A stretch of 64,000 bases of DNA from Candidatus Bipolaricaulota bacterium (GCA_035528115.1 DATKZF010000001.1:92508-156507); one strand, 5' to 3'; positions 48,067-59,087 are shown, counted from the first letter of the stretch. Notes: a model not told the origin generated them from the letters alone. Numbers and translations: made by a program.

Positions 48067-49208
48067 TTGATTTTTCGCCTTATGGAGCTATTTACTCTGA
48101 CCAATATTTCGTATGAAATCGTATTAATCTGTTGGGTGATACTGTCCACGGAATTCAAATCCCGGGGGTGTTCACTGATTATCGTTATTTCATCGCCTAT
48201 TTTCAAATTATGATCCTTCAAGTCAATCGCCGTCAAATTCATGCAGACTCTCCCCACAATGGGTAAAAAATCGTTTTCATATTTGACTTTGCCCAAATTG
48301 CTCAAGCGGCGATCCAAAAACTCATAATATCCCACGGGTAAGATTCCTATTTTTATCGGTTTGTCAGCGCTAAAGGCGCAATTGTAGCTGACCTTTTCGC
48401 CTTCGCTCAGCGATTGAACCGACACAATGGTGCTGATAAGCCGCAAAGCCGGCCTTAGATTGGCATCAAACGGCTTTATGGGATTATAACCGTATAAGCC
48501 GATGCCAAGCCTAATGGCGTTTATTTCAGGGTTTTTAATCCGAAAAGAACCGCCGGTGGCCGAGATATGTCTATATTTGGGATTAAAGCCTTCTTTTTCA
48601 ATAATGGTTAAAGCTTGGCTGAATTTTTGACGCTGACTCTCGGTAAATGATTGGTCCTCATTGTCCGCGTCAGCCAAATGTGAACACACTCCTTCCAGAT
48701 TTATACGTGAATACTTTTTTAGTTCGGCCAAATACAGCGGTAAATCGTCCATGGATATTCCCTCGCGATTCATTCCCGTGTTGATGAACAAATGAATGTT
48801 TATCTTCTTACCCAAATTCCCTATCGCCTTTAAACTCCCTGAATCAAAAATGGCAATCGAGAGATTTTTCCATTTGAAATTTTTATAATTTTCCGGTTTG
48901 GTATAACCGATCAGCAATATTTTTCTATTCGTAACCTCTCTTATCTGAAGAGCTTCATAATAACTGTCAACCACGTAATACTCCACTCCCCTCTTCTCCA
49001 ATATTTGAGTAACTTCTTTTAAGCCATGGCCGTAAGCATTTGATTTTAAAACCGGGAAAATTTTAGCTTGGGGATTTTCTTTTTGAAAATAATCGAAATT
49101 ATGCAAAATATTGGCCGAAAGAATCTCAACCCTGCTTAAAGTTGCCACCTGCCGCTCAAATTTCGATAAATATCTGTTATATAACATTTTAAACATAAAC
49201 AAAATCAA
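48063..49208 (-). CDS. alr: Alanine racemase
   Basis: PLP-lysine motif VLKSNAYGHG. 381 aa. Confidence 0.85.
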   Translation of the reverse strand: MILFMFKMLYNRYLSKFERQVATLSRVEILSANILHNFDYFQKENPQAKIFPVLKSNAYGHGLKEVTQILEKRGVEYYVVDSYYEALQIREVTNRKILLIGYTKPENYKNFKWKNLSIAIFDSGSLKAIGNLGKKINIHLFINTGMNREGISMDDLPLYLAELKKYSRINLEGVCSHLADADNEDQSFTESQRQKFSQALTIIEKEGFNPKYRHISATGGSFRIKNPEINAIRLGIGLYGYNPIKPFDANLRPALRLISTIVSVQSLSEGEKVSYNCAFSADKPIKIGILPVGYYEFLDRRLSNLGKVKYENDFLPIVGRVCMNLTAIDLKDHNLKIGDEITIISEHPRDLNSVDSITQQINTISYEILVRVNSSIRRKIK

Positions 49209-50479
49209 ACTTTTCGCTCAATTCGCTTTTGGCCATCCATGTATGGCCTTAAAACTTCCGGGATTTCCACCGAGCCATCCTGATTTTGATAAATTTCCAG
49301 CAATGGAATTAAAATCCTGGGCGTGGCAATGGCCGTATTATTCAGCGTATGGCAATAATGGACTTTGCCATCCATGTCGCGGTAGCGCATATTGAGTCTC
49401 CTGGATTGAAAATCGTGGAATGTGGTGCAAGAATGAGTTTCACCATAGCCTTTTCTCGATGGCATCCATGTTTCAATATCATTGGCGTAAACCTTACACA
49501 TACCCATGTCTCCTGTGCATAAAACCACCACTCGATAAGGCAGTCGCAATTCCTGCAATATCTCTTTGGCGTTTTGCATCAATTCCTCATGCATGCGCTC
49601 GCTTTCCTTGGAATCGTTTTTGCAAACAATCACTTGTTCGACTTTATTGAATTGATGGACTCGGTACAATCCTCTGGTGTCTTTGCCGTAGGTGCCGGCC
49701 TCTCTGCGAAAACAGCTGGAAACGCCGATAAACTTTTTCGGCAAAGTCTCTTCATTCAAAATTTCATCCGCGTGATATGAAGTCACGGCCACCTCAGAGG
49801 TTCCGGCCAAGTACTTGTCATCTTTTTCCATGAAATATGTTTGTTCTTCAGCTCCGGGGAAATAGCCGGTGCCAACCAGCGCCGCTTGATTAAGCAAAAC
49901 CGGCGCGCTCATTAACGTGTAACCTTTATTTATCAATTTGGACATGGCGAATTGCAAAAGAGCCTGCTCCAATCTGGCTCCATCGCCCACCAAAAAATAT
50001 GACCTCGAACCGGCGATTTTCACGCCTCTGACGGAATCGATAATTCCCAGTTTTTCGCCTAATTCCAAATGATCCTTAATATTGAAAGCAAACTGCGGTA
50101 TTTCTCCCCAACTTTCAATTTCAACATTTTCCGAGTCATCTTTGCCTTCGGGGATCCGAGGATCCATAACCGCCGGCACAAAAAGCATCAAATGTTCGAA
50201 TTCTTCGTATATTTCTTTATGTTTTAATTCCAATTTCTTCTCTTTTTTCGATTGTTTTTTGAGCGATTTCAAAACTTTCTTTTTCTCAGCCTCGGATATG
50301 CCGCTCATTTTTTTGCTGAATTCTTTTTTTTCTGCCTTGATTTTTTCTATTTCCTGTTGCAATTCACGCCTTTTCTCGTCCAATTTCAAAAGCCGCTTCA
50401 AATCCAAATCAATACCTTTCAATTGCGCGGTTTTTTGGATAAGTTTTGGATTTTCTCTGATGAATTTTATATCCAGCAT
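49205..50479 (-). CDS. serS: Seryl-tRNA synthetase
   Basis: N-terminal coiled-coil arm plus class II core. Confidence 0.9.
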   Translation of the reverse strand: MLDIKFIRENPKLIQKTAQLKGIDLDLKRLLKLDEKRRELQQEIEKIKAEKKEFSKKMSGISEAEKKKVLKSLKKQSKKEKKLELKHKEIYEEFEHLMLFVPAVMDPRIPEGKDDSENVEIESWGEIPQFAFNIKDHLELGEKLGIIDSVRGVKIAGSRSYFLVGDGARLEQALLQFAMSKLINKGYTLMSAPVLLNQAALVGTGYFPGAEEQTYFMEKDDKYLAGTSEVAVTSYHADEILNEETLPKKFIGVSSCFRREAGTYGKDTRGLYRVHQFNKVEQVIVCKNDSKESERMHEELMQNAKEILQELRLPYRVVVLCTGDMGMCKVYANDIETWMPSRKGYGETHSCTTFHDFQSRRLNMRYRDMDGKVHYCHTLNNTAIATPRILIPLLEIYQNQDGSVEIPEVLRPYMDGQKRIERKV

Positions 50480-50493
50480 ATTTTACATCAGAT

Positions 50494-50523
50494 CAACGGA
50501 TAACAACGGATGAAACGGACTAA
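50494..50523. promoter_or_regulatory. Three 10-bp-phased direct repeats (caacggataa / caacggatga / aacggactaa) upstream of serS
   Basis: Helical-phase spacing. Lies in the serS 5' region on the minus strand. Confidence 0.3.
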
Positions 50524-50568
50524 ACTAAATTTCAATGTATCGGTTGCCAATCCGTCGATCAGTGTTAA

Positions 50569-52053
50569 TTATTCTTTTGTTTTCATAAGAGGAAAAAAGA
50601 CCACGTCTCTCAAATTCTCCTGCCCCGTTAAAATCGTCATCAATCTGTCAATTCCAATCCCCCAGCCGGAAATGGGAGGCATGCCGTATTCCATGGCCGT
50701 GATAAAATCCTCATCAATCTCAGACGCTTCCTCGTCTCCCGCGGCCCTGTCCTTCATTTGTTGCTCGAATCTTTGTCGCTGATCGATGGGGTCAACCAAT
50801 TCGGAATAAGCCTTGGCCAGCTCCCAAGTATTGATTACCAATTGAAATTGATCGACGACTCTGGGGTCTTTATTGTTTCTGCGAGCCAAAGGCTGGAGCG
50901 ATTCCGGGTAGTAATATAAGAACGTGGGCTGTATTAATTTTGGCCGACTCACTTTTTTATACAGGTTATCTATCAGTGTATACAGGTTCATTTTTTCCAT
51001 GCCCTCAATCTTAATCCCTTTCTTTTTTATATCTTTCAACAATTCTTTGACGTCGGTATAATCCAAAACATCAAGTCCCGTATCCTTTTTTAATAAATCA
51101 ATAAAATTCACTCTTTTAAACGGCGTGCTGAAATCGACTTTTTTCATTTTGCCGTCTCTGTCAGGCACGTCTATTTTTCGATCGAGGCCGAGTTTATCAA
51201 ATAAATAATCAAACATCTTTTCCGTAAAAGCTATATTATCCTCAAAATTCCAATAGGCCGCGTAATGCTCCAAATGCGTATGCTCGGGCAAATGCGATGG
51301 ATCAATCCCTTCGTTTCTGAATGCTTTGCCAAGCTCAAAAATCTTCTCATAACCTCCGACGATCAGCTCCTTGAGCGGCAATTCATGCGAAATCCTCAAA
51401 TATACATCCATATCAAGCGCGTTGTGATGAGTTTTATAAGGTTTTGCATGCGCTCCGGTCGCTTCATGCAGTAAAACGGGGGTTTCAACCTCTTGGAATC
51501 CTTGCTCCCAATAAAACTCGCGCAGGCTTTTAATCAAGCGACTGCGCAAATTAAAAATCTGTCTCGCTTCATCATTCATTATCAAATCCAAATAACGCTG
51601 CCTGTATCTGGTTTCAACATCTTTTAAACCATGCCACTTCTCGGGCAGAGGCCTCAAAGCTTTGCCCAAAAATTCATATTTTTTAACCAAAACCGAAATT
51701 TCTCCTTTTTGGGTGGTAAAAATCTCTCCATTAACTCCCAAAAAGTCCCCAATGTCAAAATTCTTAACAAAAACCTTGTACGCTTCCTTGCCGACCTCAT
51801 CTTGTTTCAAAACAATCTGCATTTTACCGGAAGCGTCCAATAAGTGGCAAAAAGTCAATTTGCCCATGTCGCGCAAAAGCATGATTCTGCCCGCGACGCT
51901 GACTTTTTTGCCTTCAAACAATTTTTTCGCCTGAGCCAAGGTCTGCTTTTTTTCAAATTTCTCAGGATATGGCTCAATACCGGCCGCTCTGATTTTTTCA
52001 AGATTTTGCAATCTCGCTTCTTGCTCTTTGGTTATTTTTTGGTCCATATTCAA
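50569..52053 (-). CDS. lysS: Lysyl-tRNA synthetase (class II)
   Basis: OB-fold N-domain, FRNEG motif, class II motifs. 494 aa. Confidence 0.9.
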   Translation of the reverse strand: MNMDQKITKEQEARLQNLEKIRAAGIEPYPEKFEKKQTLAQAKKLFEGKKVSVAGRIMLLRDMGKLTFCHLLDASGKMQIVLKQDEVGKEAYKVFVKNFDIGDFLGVNGEIFTTQKGEISVLVKKYEFLGKALRPLPEKWHGLKDVETRYRQRYLDLIMNDEARQIFNLRSRLIKSLREFYWEQGFQEVETPVLLHEATGAHAKPYKTHHNALDMDVYLRISHELPLKELIVGGYEKIFELGKAFRNEGIDPSHLPEHTHLEHYAAYWNFEDNIAFTEKMFDYLFDKLGLDRKIDVPDRDGKMKKVDFSTPFKRVNFIDLLKKDTGLDVLDYTDVKELLKDIKKKGIKIEGMEKMNLYTLIDNLYKKVSRPKLIQPTFLYYYPESLQPLARRNNKDPRVVDQFQLVINTWELAKAYSELVDPIDQRQRFEQQMKDRAAGDEEASEIDEDFITAMEYGMPPISGWGIGIDRLMTILTGQENLRDVVFFPLMKTKE

Positions 52054-52267
52054 ATATTACTATTACGAATAATTAAATGTATTAGGATTTAGCTTGGTTT
52101 TCAGCATTTGATTTTAAGTTTTACTGCAAATAGTTGCGAATATCTAATATCTAAATCCAAAAGGACTATTAATGTCTATATTTTACCGCATTCGATTACC
52201 TTTGGCAAATTCAAAAACCGGACAAAAGCCCGGCTTGAAGCGCCAACGAGCCAAGACGTCTGGCTCT

Positions 52268-52723
52268 CTATCTTATCTCTATAATCTCATACGAGATCAC
52301 CCCGGCAGGGACTTCTACTTCCACCACTTGCCCTTTTCTCTTGCCTAAAAACGCGCTGCCCAAAGGAGATTCATTGGAAATAAAACCGGCCGAAGGATTG
52401 GCCTCATTATATCCCACTATTTTGTAAGTTTGTTCGCCGAATTTGGATTTAACCACCACTTCGGATCCTACCCCTACTTCTTCCTTGCTGCCGCTGGCTT
52501 CGGACACCACCGCGCTTTTCAACAAACCTTCAAGCTCCTTTATTCTAGCTTCAACCATGCCTTGTTCGTCTTTGGCCTCATGATATTCCGCGTTTTCAGA
52601 CAAATCGCCCAGTTCCTTGGCTTTTTCTATTTTTTCGCTAATTTCTCTTCTTTTTTTATTCTTTAAATAATCAAGCTCTTTTTTAATCTTTTCCAAACCA
52701 TCTGGAGTTAATACTGGAACCAT
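52268..52723 (-). CDS. greA: Transcription elongation factor GreA
   Basis: N-terminal coiled coil (LT..G...L..EL..L) plus C-terminal FKBP-like domain. 151 aa. Confidence 0.9.
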   Translation of the reverse strand: MVPVLTPDGLEKIKKELDYLKNKKRREISEKIEKAKELGDLSENAEYHEAKDEQGMVEARIKELEGLLKSAVVSEASGSKEEVGVGSEVVVKSKFGEQTYKIVGYNEANPSAGFISNESPLGSAFLGKRKGQVVEVEVPAGVISYEIIEIR

Positions 52724-52801
52724 AAAATATTTTTTTAATTATATTGATAAATACTACAATTTTTTAATTATCGCGTCAAGAAGCTATCCACATGAATGAT
52801 T

Positions 52802-52960
52802 GTTATGAATTACAATCATCTAGTAGGCCGATGAATATATGTTACAAATTACATTCATCCATGGCTTTAAGCCTGAGAATCTTGTAATACGTAACAAATT
52901 ACCTAAAAACTAAATGGACGCTTGTAATTCGTAACACTTTACCCATTACCCTTTACTAAT
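52802..52960 (+). repeat. MITE-like repeat, composite (R9)
   Basis: A 94-bp unit (52802-52895) with GTTATGAATTACAA/TTGTAATACGTAAC, about 85% identical to the R3 unit, plus an extra TIR copy CTTGTAATTCGTAAC at 52921-52935. Confidence 0.7.
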
Positions 52961-54972
52961 TACAACTTCTTATATTCAGCAAAATACCATTTCAAAAAAT
53001 CGTAGGCCACGGGAGCGGCGGTGACGCTGCCTTCTTCTCCCTCTTCAATTAAAACGGTAACCGCTATCTCCGCGTCTTCATACGGAGCGAAAGCCGTAAA
53101 CCAGGCATGCGCGTCCTTATCAGTTCCCCACTGAGCGGTCCCCGTCTTGGCCGCGGAAGTGACCGGCAAGCCGGATAGAATCTTGGCGCTGCCAAAGGTC
53201 ACCGCCTGCCTCATGCCTTGCCTGACGATATTGAGATTGTATGGCGATATGAAATTCTCCCTTTCCACTTCATAATTGACGTTCTTCACTTCTCCCGTAT
53301 CAACGGAAATAAATTTATTCACCAAATGAGGTTTGATAAACTTGCCCTTATTCGCCATGATCGCGGTCATATTGGCTATTTGCAAAGGAGTAACCAGAAA
53401 ATCTCCTTGCCCGATGGCCAAATGATAAGTGTCGCCGATGTACCACTGCTCGCCCTTTACTTCGAATTTCCATTCCGGGGTTGGCAGAAATCCTTGATTT
53501 TCTCCGGCCAAATCAATTCCGGTCGCCTGACCGAAGCCAAACAAGGCCGCGTAATAATTTATTTTCTTTACGCCAAGTCCTTCAAAATTGTTATATCCTC
53601 CGCCGATAATGTAAAAAAATGTATTCACCGAATCCGACAGAGCTTTTTTCACGTCCGTCAATCCGTGGCCTCCCGCTTTCCAGTCAGGAAAAAACCACTC
53701 GCCTATTCGAATGCCACCGGTGCTCAAAAATGAAGTGTTTTCCGTGATTATTTTTTCTTCGAGCGCGGCGCTGGCGATAACCGGTTTAATGGTTGATCCG
53801 GACGGATACTCGCCTTTAATAACGCGATTAAAAAGCGGATTATCTTCATTGTCGATCAATTGCTTGTATTTATCCGCCTTCATGCCTTGAGCGAAATCAT
53901 TATTGTTGTAACTCGGCAAACTTACCATGCCCAAAATCTCACCGTTTTGCGGATTCATCGCTATGGCCACTCCTTTCTTTTTCTCCGCGAGAAGTAGTTC
54001 GTTTCGCAACAATTCTTCAAGTTTTTTCTGAATATCCAAGTCAATGGTCAGCACTACGCCTTGACCTCGTTCGGCGTCTTCTTGCGCGATTATTTTCTTT
54101 TCCTTGCCTTGAGAATCGACTTCTATTTGCTTTTTCCCATGCTTGCCCTTCAATGCTTTTTCATAACTCAATTCTATGCCGCTTTTACCCGTCCGGTCGC
54201 TCAACAAATAGCCCGACTCTTTCCAATCATCGTATTCTTGCTCGGAAATCTTTCCCTCATACCCGATAATATGCGATAAACTGTTATATAAATATTCATT
54301 TGCCGACACTTCTTCAATAAATTCATATTTTCTTTTGGCGTCATACAAAACACCGACTCCGGATAAATTAGACGTGTAAACATCCAACCTCAAAGCGATG
54401 TCGTAAGGAATGTCCTCGCACAAATCAAGCGGCTCGAAATACTCACGTTGGCGCGGAGTAAACTTCCTTATGTCTTCCAGACGATCTCCCAGCGGGTAAC
54501 CCACGATTTTATCCAATTCGGCAATTATTTCATTTTGCTCTTGTTCATCTTTGGGAAAATCAAACGGCGTGATGTACAAATGAAAATTAGGCACATTGGA
54601 AACCAGCGCTCTGCCCGCTCGATCATAAATAATGCCGCGCGGCGCTTTAACATACTGAATTCTGATTCTGTTTTGTTCGGCCGTGGCCAAATATTCATCC
54701 CCTTTAATCACTTGCAAATGCACCGAACGAGCCAAAAGCAAACCCAACCCCAAAAAAACGATAAATAAAAAAATATGAATAACCTTCTGGTTGATCGACA
54801 AGCCGAAATAAATTTTGTCGGATCGGTTTATATCTCTATCCGAATAATTGATATACGCTTCTTCGGTCCAAAACACACGGCTGTTTCTGGATAACGCCTT
54901 GTCTTTTATTTTCGTCAAACTGAAAATATCGGAATTCTCGGATGATTTTTTCTCTTGATCCTTTTTTTCCAT
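52960..54972 (-). CDS. mrdA: Penicillin-binding protein 2 (elongasome transpeptidase)
   Basis: SGSTIKP (SxxK) and KTGTA motifs. The preferred start is MEKKDQEKK at 54972, abutting mreD. Confidence 0.85.
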   Translation of the reverse strand: MEKKDQEKKSSENSDIFSLTKIKDKALSRNSRVFWTEEAYINYSDRDINRSDKIYFGLSINQKVIHIFLFIVFLGLGLLLARSVHLQVIKGDEYLATAEQNRIRIQYVKAPRGIIYDRAGRALVSNVPNFHLYITPFDFPKDEQEQNEIIAELDKIVGYPLGDRLEDIRKFTPRQREYFEPLDLCEDIPYDIALRLDVYTSNLSGVGVLYDAKRKYEFIEEVSANEYLYNSLSHIIGYEGKISEQEYDDWKESGYLLSDRTGKSGIELSYEKALKGKHGKKQIEVDSQGKEKKIIAQEDAERGQGVVLTIDLDIQKKLEELLRNELLLAEKKKGVAIAMNPQNGEILGMVSLPSYNNNDFAQGMKADKYKQLIDNEDNPLFNRVIKGEYPSGSTIKPVIASAALEEKIITENTSFLSTGGIRIGEWFFPDWKAGGHGLTDVKKALSDSVNTFFYIIGGGYNNFEGLGVKKINYYAALFGFGQATGIDLAGENQGFLPTPEWKFEVKGEQWYIGDTYHLAIGQGDFLVTPLQIANMTAIMANKGKFIKPHLVNKFISVDTGEVKNVNYEVERENFISPYNLNIVRQGMRQAVTFGSAKILSGLPVTSAAKTGTAQWGTDKDAHAWFTAFAPYEDAEIAVTVLIEEGEEGSVTAAPVAYDFLKWYFAEYKKL

Positions 54973-54974
54973 AA

Positions 54975-55511
54975 TTATGTTGCGGAATCCAAATAAACCG
55001 TCTTTAATTTTCTGGAAATAAAATTCACCAAGTAAAAAACGATTATGACGAAAATCGAGGACAAGATCAATTGCCAAACAAAACCGCTCGCCAAGAAAGA
55101 CAACCTGACAAAGCCTTCCACTGTTTTATTCACATAAAAATAGTAGGATAAATACAAACTCGCGGAAAGCGACTGATAAATCAGCAAAAATATGAAATTT
55201 AAAAAAATTATAGAATAAAGAGATTTGTTGGTGAAGAATTTGTTATAAATCGCGATTAAAAGGATCGAAGCGAAAGGCACCGAAATCATGACAAAAATAA
55301 ACGGCAAGGAAGATGTTAATGAGATAAATATCGCGAACACGACCGCAAATATCAAAGTGATTTTTTCTCCGTATAAAATCATGATGAAGATCAACATGGG
55401 CAAAAAAATATTAAAAGCGCTGATCGGATAAAAAAAACCCGTAATTAAACTGGTATGAAAAACATACAAGGCCGCCAACGACAAAACGATTTTGAGCCAT
55501 TTAATCAGCAT
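54975..55511 (-). CDS. mreD: Rod shape-determining protein MreD-like
   Basis: Small polytopic membrane protein between mreC and mrdA. Confidence 0.5.
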   Translation of the reverse strand: MLIKWLKIVLSLAALYVFHTSLITGFFYPISAFNIFLPMLIFIMILYGEKITLIFAVVFAIFISLTSSLPFIFVMISVPFASILLIAIYNKFFTNKSLYSIIFLNFIFLLIYQSLSASLYLSYYFYVNKTVEGFVRLSFLASGFVWQLILSSIFVIIVFYLVNFISRKLKTVYLDSAT

Positions 55512-56310
55512 ATTCTATGGTCAAAACATTTACGTAGTGTATTTTGTTAAAATCTATCGGGGATCTCACAAAAGCCGTTTGGAACAATTCTCCCTCGGTG
55601 TAAACGACATTATCTATTTGACCGACCAAAAGACCTCGAGGCACGGCTTCTTCCAGCCCGGAAGAGATGACAAAATCTTCTTCGCTCAATTTTTCAGTTT
55701 GGGGTATCAAATCTATCTTCATGCCCAGACCGAATTCCCCGCTCAAAATGCCGACGGAATTATCGTTGTTGTTCACGGACACAGCCAACTTGGAAAAACT
55801 GTCATTGACAAGCAATGCTTTGGACGTGTATTTGGATACTTCGTAAATCTTCCCTACAATGACATTTTCATTGGTCACCGCGTTGCCGACCTTGATTCCG
55901 TGCTTTTCTCCTTTATCAATTATTAAAAAATTTTGATAATTGTCGTTGCTTTTGCCGATAACGTCGGCGATCACGCCTTTAACATTCCGACTGTTTTGAA
56001 AATCAATTTGTCTTTTATAAAAATCGAGCTGCGATTTCAATTCCTGATTTTCGCTTTCCACAATTTGCATTTGTATCAACTCTTCATGTAATTTGTCGTT
56101 TTCCGCAATCAATTCATTTTGTTTTTTCTGATTGTAGTAAAAGTCATTGATCCTGCCGGACAATCGATAAACCGCTCCGCCGACCGGCTTAACCGCGGCC
56201 ATGAATAAATTTTCAACGGGAGAGAGCGCTCCCGTGTAATGCAAAATCACGATAATTAAAATCGAGGCAAAAGAAACAATACTGATTTTTTTTAGATTAC
56301 CGCTTTGCAT
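55501..56310 (-). CDS. mreC: Rod shape-determining protein MreC
   Basis: N-terminal TM helix, coiled coil, then beta domains. Confidence 0.7.
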   Translation of the reverse strand: MQSGNLKKISIVSFASILIIVILHYTGALSPVENLFMAAVKPVGGAVYRLSGRINDFYYNQKKQNELIAENDKLHEELIQMQIVESENQELKSQLDFYKRQIDFQNSRNVKGVIADVIGKSNDNYQNFLIIDKGEKHGIKVGNAVTNENVIVGKIYEVSKYTSKALLVNDSFSKLAVSVNNNDNSVGILSGEFGLGMKIDLIPQTEKLSEEDFVISSGLEEAVPRGLLVGQIDNVVYTEGELFQTAFVRSPIDFNKIHYVNVLTIEYAD

Positions 56311-56338
56311 ATAAAAAAGGTAGCAAGCTTAAGGCTTG

Positions 56339-57394
56339 CTATCTCACCATTTTTTCTTCATTGGCCGGAGGCAGCACTACCTCATTGAGCAGTTTATGGT
56401 CATCGAGCAAGATACTCAGCCCCCTGATGGTGCAAGTTTGCGGGTCATCAGCCACTCTGACCGGGATCTCAATGCTTGACGAGATGGCGATATCAAGCCC
56501 TTTGAGCAAAGCGCCTCCTCCGGCCAGAACAACTCCGCGCTCATATATGTCCGCCACAAGTTCGGGCGGAGTATTTTCCAGCGTGGCTTTAATATTATCA
56601 ATAATCTGGCTAATCGACCCTTTGATCGCTTCCCTGATCTGATAATCATCCACGATTATTTCTTTCGGCAAACCGGAAACCAAATCTCGTCCGCGCATTT
56701 CTATCGAGGCGGATTCGCCCGTTTGATAAGCCGAGCCAATGGCGATTTTAATATTTTCCGCTATTTTCTCGCCGATCAATAAATTAAAATGATCTCTGGC
56801 GAAATAAACAATATTTTTATTGAGCTCTTCGCCGGCCACGTCCAGTGACTTCCAGGTGACCACCCCGTTGAGCGAGGTGACGGCGATTTCGGTTTTGCCG
56901 CCTCCGACATTGATGATCATGCTGCCCGACGGATCCTGAATCGGCAATCTGGCGCCGATGGCGGCGGCCATAATTTCCTCCACCAAGTAAACCTGGCCGG
57001 CTCCGGCGGACAAAGCGGCGTCTTCAACCGCCTTTTTTTCCACTTCCGTGACGTCCAGCGGAATGCCTATAACCACCATTGGCCTGGCCGAAAGATTAAA
57101 ACTTTCTCTTTGAATTTTATCGATGAAATACTTTAGCATTTTTTCCGTAACTTCAAAATCCGAAATAATCCCATTCACCAATGGTTTGGAAATCGTAATG
57201 AACTTCGGCGTCTTGCCCAACATTTTTTTGGCATCTTCGCCCACGGCGATAATTTGGTCAAATCTGTTATTTACCGCCACAATCGAGGGCTCATTGATAA
57301 TAATCCCCTTTTCTTGAACGCAAATAATGGTATTGGAAGTTCCCAAATCAATACCCAATCTTTTCGAGAATTTATTGAAGAATTTTTTAAACAT
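56339..57394 (-). CDS. mreB: Rod shape-determining actin homologue MreB
   Basis: Actin-fold phosphate motifs (GIDLGTSNT, VGGGKTE). Confidence 0.95.
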   Translation of the reverse strand: MFKKFFNKFSKRLGIDLGTSNTIICVQEKGIIINEPSIVAVNNRFDQIIAVGEDAKKMLGKTPKFITISKPLVNGIISDFEVTEKMLKYFIDKIQRESFNLSARPMVVIGIPLDVTEVEKKAVEDAALSAGAGQVYLVEEIMAAAIGARLPIQDPSGSMIINVGGGKTEIAVTSLNGVVTWKSLDVAGEELNKNIVYFARDHFNLLIGEKIAENIKIAIGSAYQTGESASIEMRGRDLVSGLPKEIIVDDYQIREAIKGSISQIIDNIKATLENTPPELVADIYERGVVLAGGGALLKGLDIAISSSIEIPVRVADDPQTCTIRGLSILLDDHKLLNEVVLPPANEEKMVR

Positions 57395-58649
57395 AATACT
57401 TGATCAACTCTTCATCAAACTTTTTAATCTTTATCAATTCACTTTCCTTCTTATTTCTGTGTTTGATTTCAAAACTGTTTTTTTCCAGGCTCTTCGGACT
57501 GACGATAATCCTCAGCGGCAAACCAAGCAAATCGCTTTCCGCCAATTTTTCTCCGGCGGATTTATCCTCGCGATCGTCAAATAATATTTCATCCGGATGC
57601 TGTTTCGACAAGCGGTCGTAAAGCTCTCGAGCTTGCTTCATCACAACGTCATCTTCCGCTCCTATGGCCACCAAATGAATCTTAAAAGGCGCTATTTCCC
57701 ACGGCCAGATCAGACCGCTTGAATCATGGTGAATCTCGGCCACCGCGCCCATCACTCTGCTCGGACCCAAGCCGTAACAACCCATGATTATCGGCTTTTT
57801 CACTCCTTTTTCATCCGTATAATGAGCCTTCATTTGCTCCGTATACTTGGTCTCCAGCGTAAATATATTACCAACCTCAATCGCTTTGTCAATTTTCAAT
57901 TTTGCTCCGCATTTGGGGCAAAGATCGTTCAACTCTTTCTCCACAATTTCCTTATTCTGAGAAAAATCGCAATCCGTGCAGTGGATGATGGTATCTTCTC
58001 CGCTCGGACAAATCACTTGAAATTCATGAGAATATTTTTCCGTAAAATCTCCGCCGGACGCTTCGGTGATGATCGAATCCAGACCGCATCTTTTGAAAAT
58101 ACTGAGATAAGATTCCTTCACTCGCGCGTAAAATTCATCAAAGTCGTCCATATCTCGATGAAAACCGTACAAATCTTTCATGGAAAATTCCACGCCGCGA
58201 AGCAATCCTGATTTCGCTCTGGGTTCATTTCTGAATTTGTCTTGAATTTGATACAACGCGACGGGTAAATCCTTGTACGAACTTATCTTTTTTCTGATAA
58301 TGTCCGTGATAATTTCTTCATGAGTCCAGCCCAAGCCCATTTTCTTCCCCGAACGTCCTTCAAACTGGAACATAATTTCCTTGCCTTCTTCCCAACGGCC
58401 CGTTTCCTCCCAAATTTCCTTGGGGTGAAGCGCGGGCATCAACAGTTCTTGCGCGTCCAGCTTATTCATTTCATCTCTGACTATGTTTTTAATGTTATTC
58501 AAAACTCTAAATCCGATCGGCAAAAAGGAATAAACACCGGCCATTAATTTATCGATGAAGCCGCCGCGGATCAATAGTTCCGCGTTAATGGACGTTTCGT
58601 CCTTTGGTTTTTCCTTGGTGGTTTTTAAAAAATACTTTGATTGAAGCAT
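57387..58649 (-). CDS. proS: Prolyl-tRNA synthetase (bacterial type, no INS editing domain)
   Basis: The N-terminus (MLQSKYFLKTTKE...LIRGGFIDKLMAGVYSFLPIG) matches the bacterial ProRS start. Class II motifs. 420 aa. Confidence 0.85.
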   Translation of the reverse strand: MLQSKYFLKTTKEKPKDETSINAELLIRGGFIDKLMAGVYSFLPIGFRVLNNIKNIVRDEMNKLDAQELLMPALHPKEIWEETGRWEEGKEIMFQFEGRSGKKMGLGWTHEEIITDIIRKKISSYKDLPVALYQIQDKFRNEPRAKSGLLRGVEFSMKDLYGFHRDMDDFDEFYARVKESYLSIFKRCGLDSIITEASGGDFTEKYSHEFQVICPSGEDTIIHCTDCDFSQNKEIVEKELNDLCPKCGAKLKIDKAIEVGNIFTLETKYTEQMKAHYTDEKGVKKPIIMGCYGLGPSRVMGAVAEIHHDSSGLIWPWEIAPFKIHLVAIGAEDDVVMKQARELYDRLSKQHPDEILFDDREDKSAGEKLAESDLLGLPLRIIVSPKSLEKNSFEIKHRNKKESELIKIKKFDEELIKYYV

Positions 58650-58706
58650 AATTTTTATTTAAGAAAAAAAAACAATTATTGAATTTTTTAATTTTACTTT
58701 TTACGG

Positions 58707-59087
58707 TTATCTGAACTTGCGATAAGAAATTAAGAAAATTTCAATCAGCAACGTAATCGCCAGCAAAATGATGAAGTTCCACCAGGTCAAAAGACGTTGT
58801 GATTGCAAAACCAAAGCGACAATGAAAAGCAATCCCAAAATGATCGACTGCCTGGACGAAATATCAATTTTTTTATAAATCTTTTCATCCTTGTTGAAAA
58901 TCATTCGAAACACGAAGCCAAGCAGCGAAAACGAACCCACGATCGACACGAATAAACTCAGATAAAAGAATGAAAACCCCAACCAACCGGCCGCGTTGGG
59001 ATTTGTGTAATTCACGGCCAAAGCGAAAGTCAACCAGCATAATGCCGTGCAGGCGGTCAAAAAAATTAAATATTTACGTAAGGTCAT
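58707..59087 (-). CDS. Small integral membrane protein
   Basis: Four predicted TM segments, 126 aa. Confidence 0.4.
   Translation of the reverse strand: MTLRKYLIFLTACTALCWLTFALAVNYTNPNAAGWLGFSFFYLSLFVSIVGSFSLLGFVFRMIFNKDEKIYKKIDISSRQSIILGLLFIVALVLQSQRLLTWWNFIILLAITLLIEIFLISYRKFR

Noticed and set aside
50494-50523. DnaA boxes (TTATCCGTT)
   Set aside because: They do not match TTATNCACA, and no DUE or dnaA context is present. They are kept only as generic phased repeats.
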